DNA from: Phoronis australis
Taxonomy: Eukaryota; Animalia; Phoronida
DNA: 64,000 nucleotides
Assembly (NCBI GenBank): GCA_002633005.1
Contig: NMRA01000050.1
Location: 743,820 to 807,819, forward strand
Direction: 5' to 3'
Under the pieces are notes generated by a model. It ran no database searches and was not told the origin of the DNA. It saw nothing but the letters and a program-made list of their open reading frames with translations. Shown piece after piece: positions 63,180 through 64,000 of this stretch (positions within the stretch are counted from its first letter, which is position 1; each line of letters starts with the position of its first letter). The translations under genes were made by a program, and so were the position numbers.

Positions 63180-63500
63180 TGTTCCAGCACAACAAGGCAT
63201 ACACCTCAGGAACAGAAGCACGAGTCAAAGCTAGCGTTCCTTGTCTTGATTATGTCCGAAGATCTACCCATTCGTTAAATCGGAGACACACTGTCAGTTC
63301 ATGTGTTGCAGCAACGGATTTTTGTGAAATCATCCAAATTGGCAATTACTTGAACGACCATGAATATGAAAGCTCTGAAAAAGTCTGAAATGTAACGGAA
63401 GACTGCACCAAATGAACTTAAAGCTTGTGACTGGACTTTCTTTTTGAAAGGAAAACATATGAGTGATTATGAAAGTTCTAACTCAAAAATCACTTTTGCA
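63180..63500 (+). mobile_element. hAT transposase remnant, continuation after the LINE insertion
   Basis: SGTEARVKASVPCLDYVRRSTHSLN matches the hAT GVQARI...YVPCAAHSLN motif that normally follows MSGKY. Confidence 0.7.
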
Positions 63501-64000
63501 CTTAATGGCCTTTGGCCTGGAAACTCTTGATCTGATTGGAATTTCAAGTAAATTTCTGATGCATATTTCGAGTACGTAATTGTTCACAAAATTCAAAGAG
63601 TTTGTCTAAAAATCCATAGAAGAAGAAGAAGAAGCATTTTGACCGATTGCTCTCTTTGTCCAGTTTCGATTAACTCCTGTACTTTTTGGGTCAAATCACT
63701 AAAATTAGTAAAAAATGGATCGAATACAATGAATATGATTGTAGTTAACAATGATGTAAGGGTAATAGCAATATCAAAAGGAAGGAAGAATAAGAATAAG
63801 AATGAGAAGAAGAAAGCTAGAAGGCGGTTACGTATATCAATGTTTTCGATGTATTTCCAATTAAAATTTAGATGTGGCCACATGTTTTGCCTTTAAAGCG
63901 ACGCGAATCTACCTATATTCGCGAAACATACTCAAACAATATCGGGAGCCAACAATGACATGTGTTACCATTGCGTGATAATTCACGTTCACGTCGCTTT

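Noticed and set aside
1-64000. CRISPR arrays, tRNA/rRNA genes, prokaryotic operons or defence systems
   Set aside because: None seen. The sequence has spliceosomal introns and metazoan TEs, and the short repeats at 18.7, 29.9 and 35.7 kb lack constant-repeat/unique-spacer structure.

Overview
AT-rich (roughly 38-39% GC by eye) metazoan invertebrate genomic DNA, not prokaryotic; most short ORFs in the track are noise. The main feature is one large, 5'-partial, minus-strand spliced gene for a type I membrane receptor. It has at least 8 C2-type immunoglobulin domains (one symmetric phase 1-1 exon each, except one domain split in two), one TSP1 repeat, a TM helix and a long cytoplasmic tail. The tail carries YDDV/YEDL tyrosine motifs and a Leu-rich G-L-E-L-L-K-x-x-G-I-D-L-x-K-L repeat that I do not recognise. 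I reconstructed 11 exons with canonical GT-AG sites that splice into one stop-free frame of about 1,337 aa. The terminal exon frame runs on for 311 more codons past two in-frame TGA stops. One Ig domain is split by a 3.8 kb intron bounded by a 5-bp direct repeat and TG...CA ends, a candidate intron gain by insertion. The introns hold decayed Ig and C-type-lectin-like modules and many TEs: a young Mag-type Ty3/Gypsy element, mariner, Kolobok, Penelope-like and CR1/L2-like remnants. A nested hAT > LINE > hAT > P-like > Academ stack fills 50-63.5 kb. All calls come from manual reading; no database searches were run.
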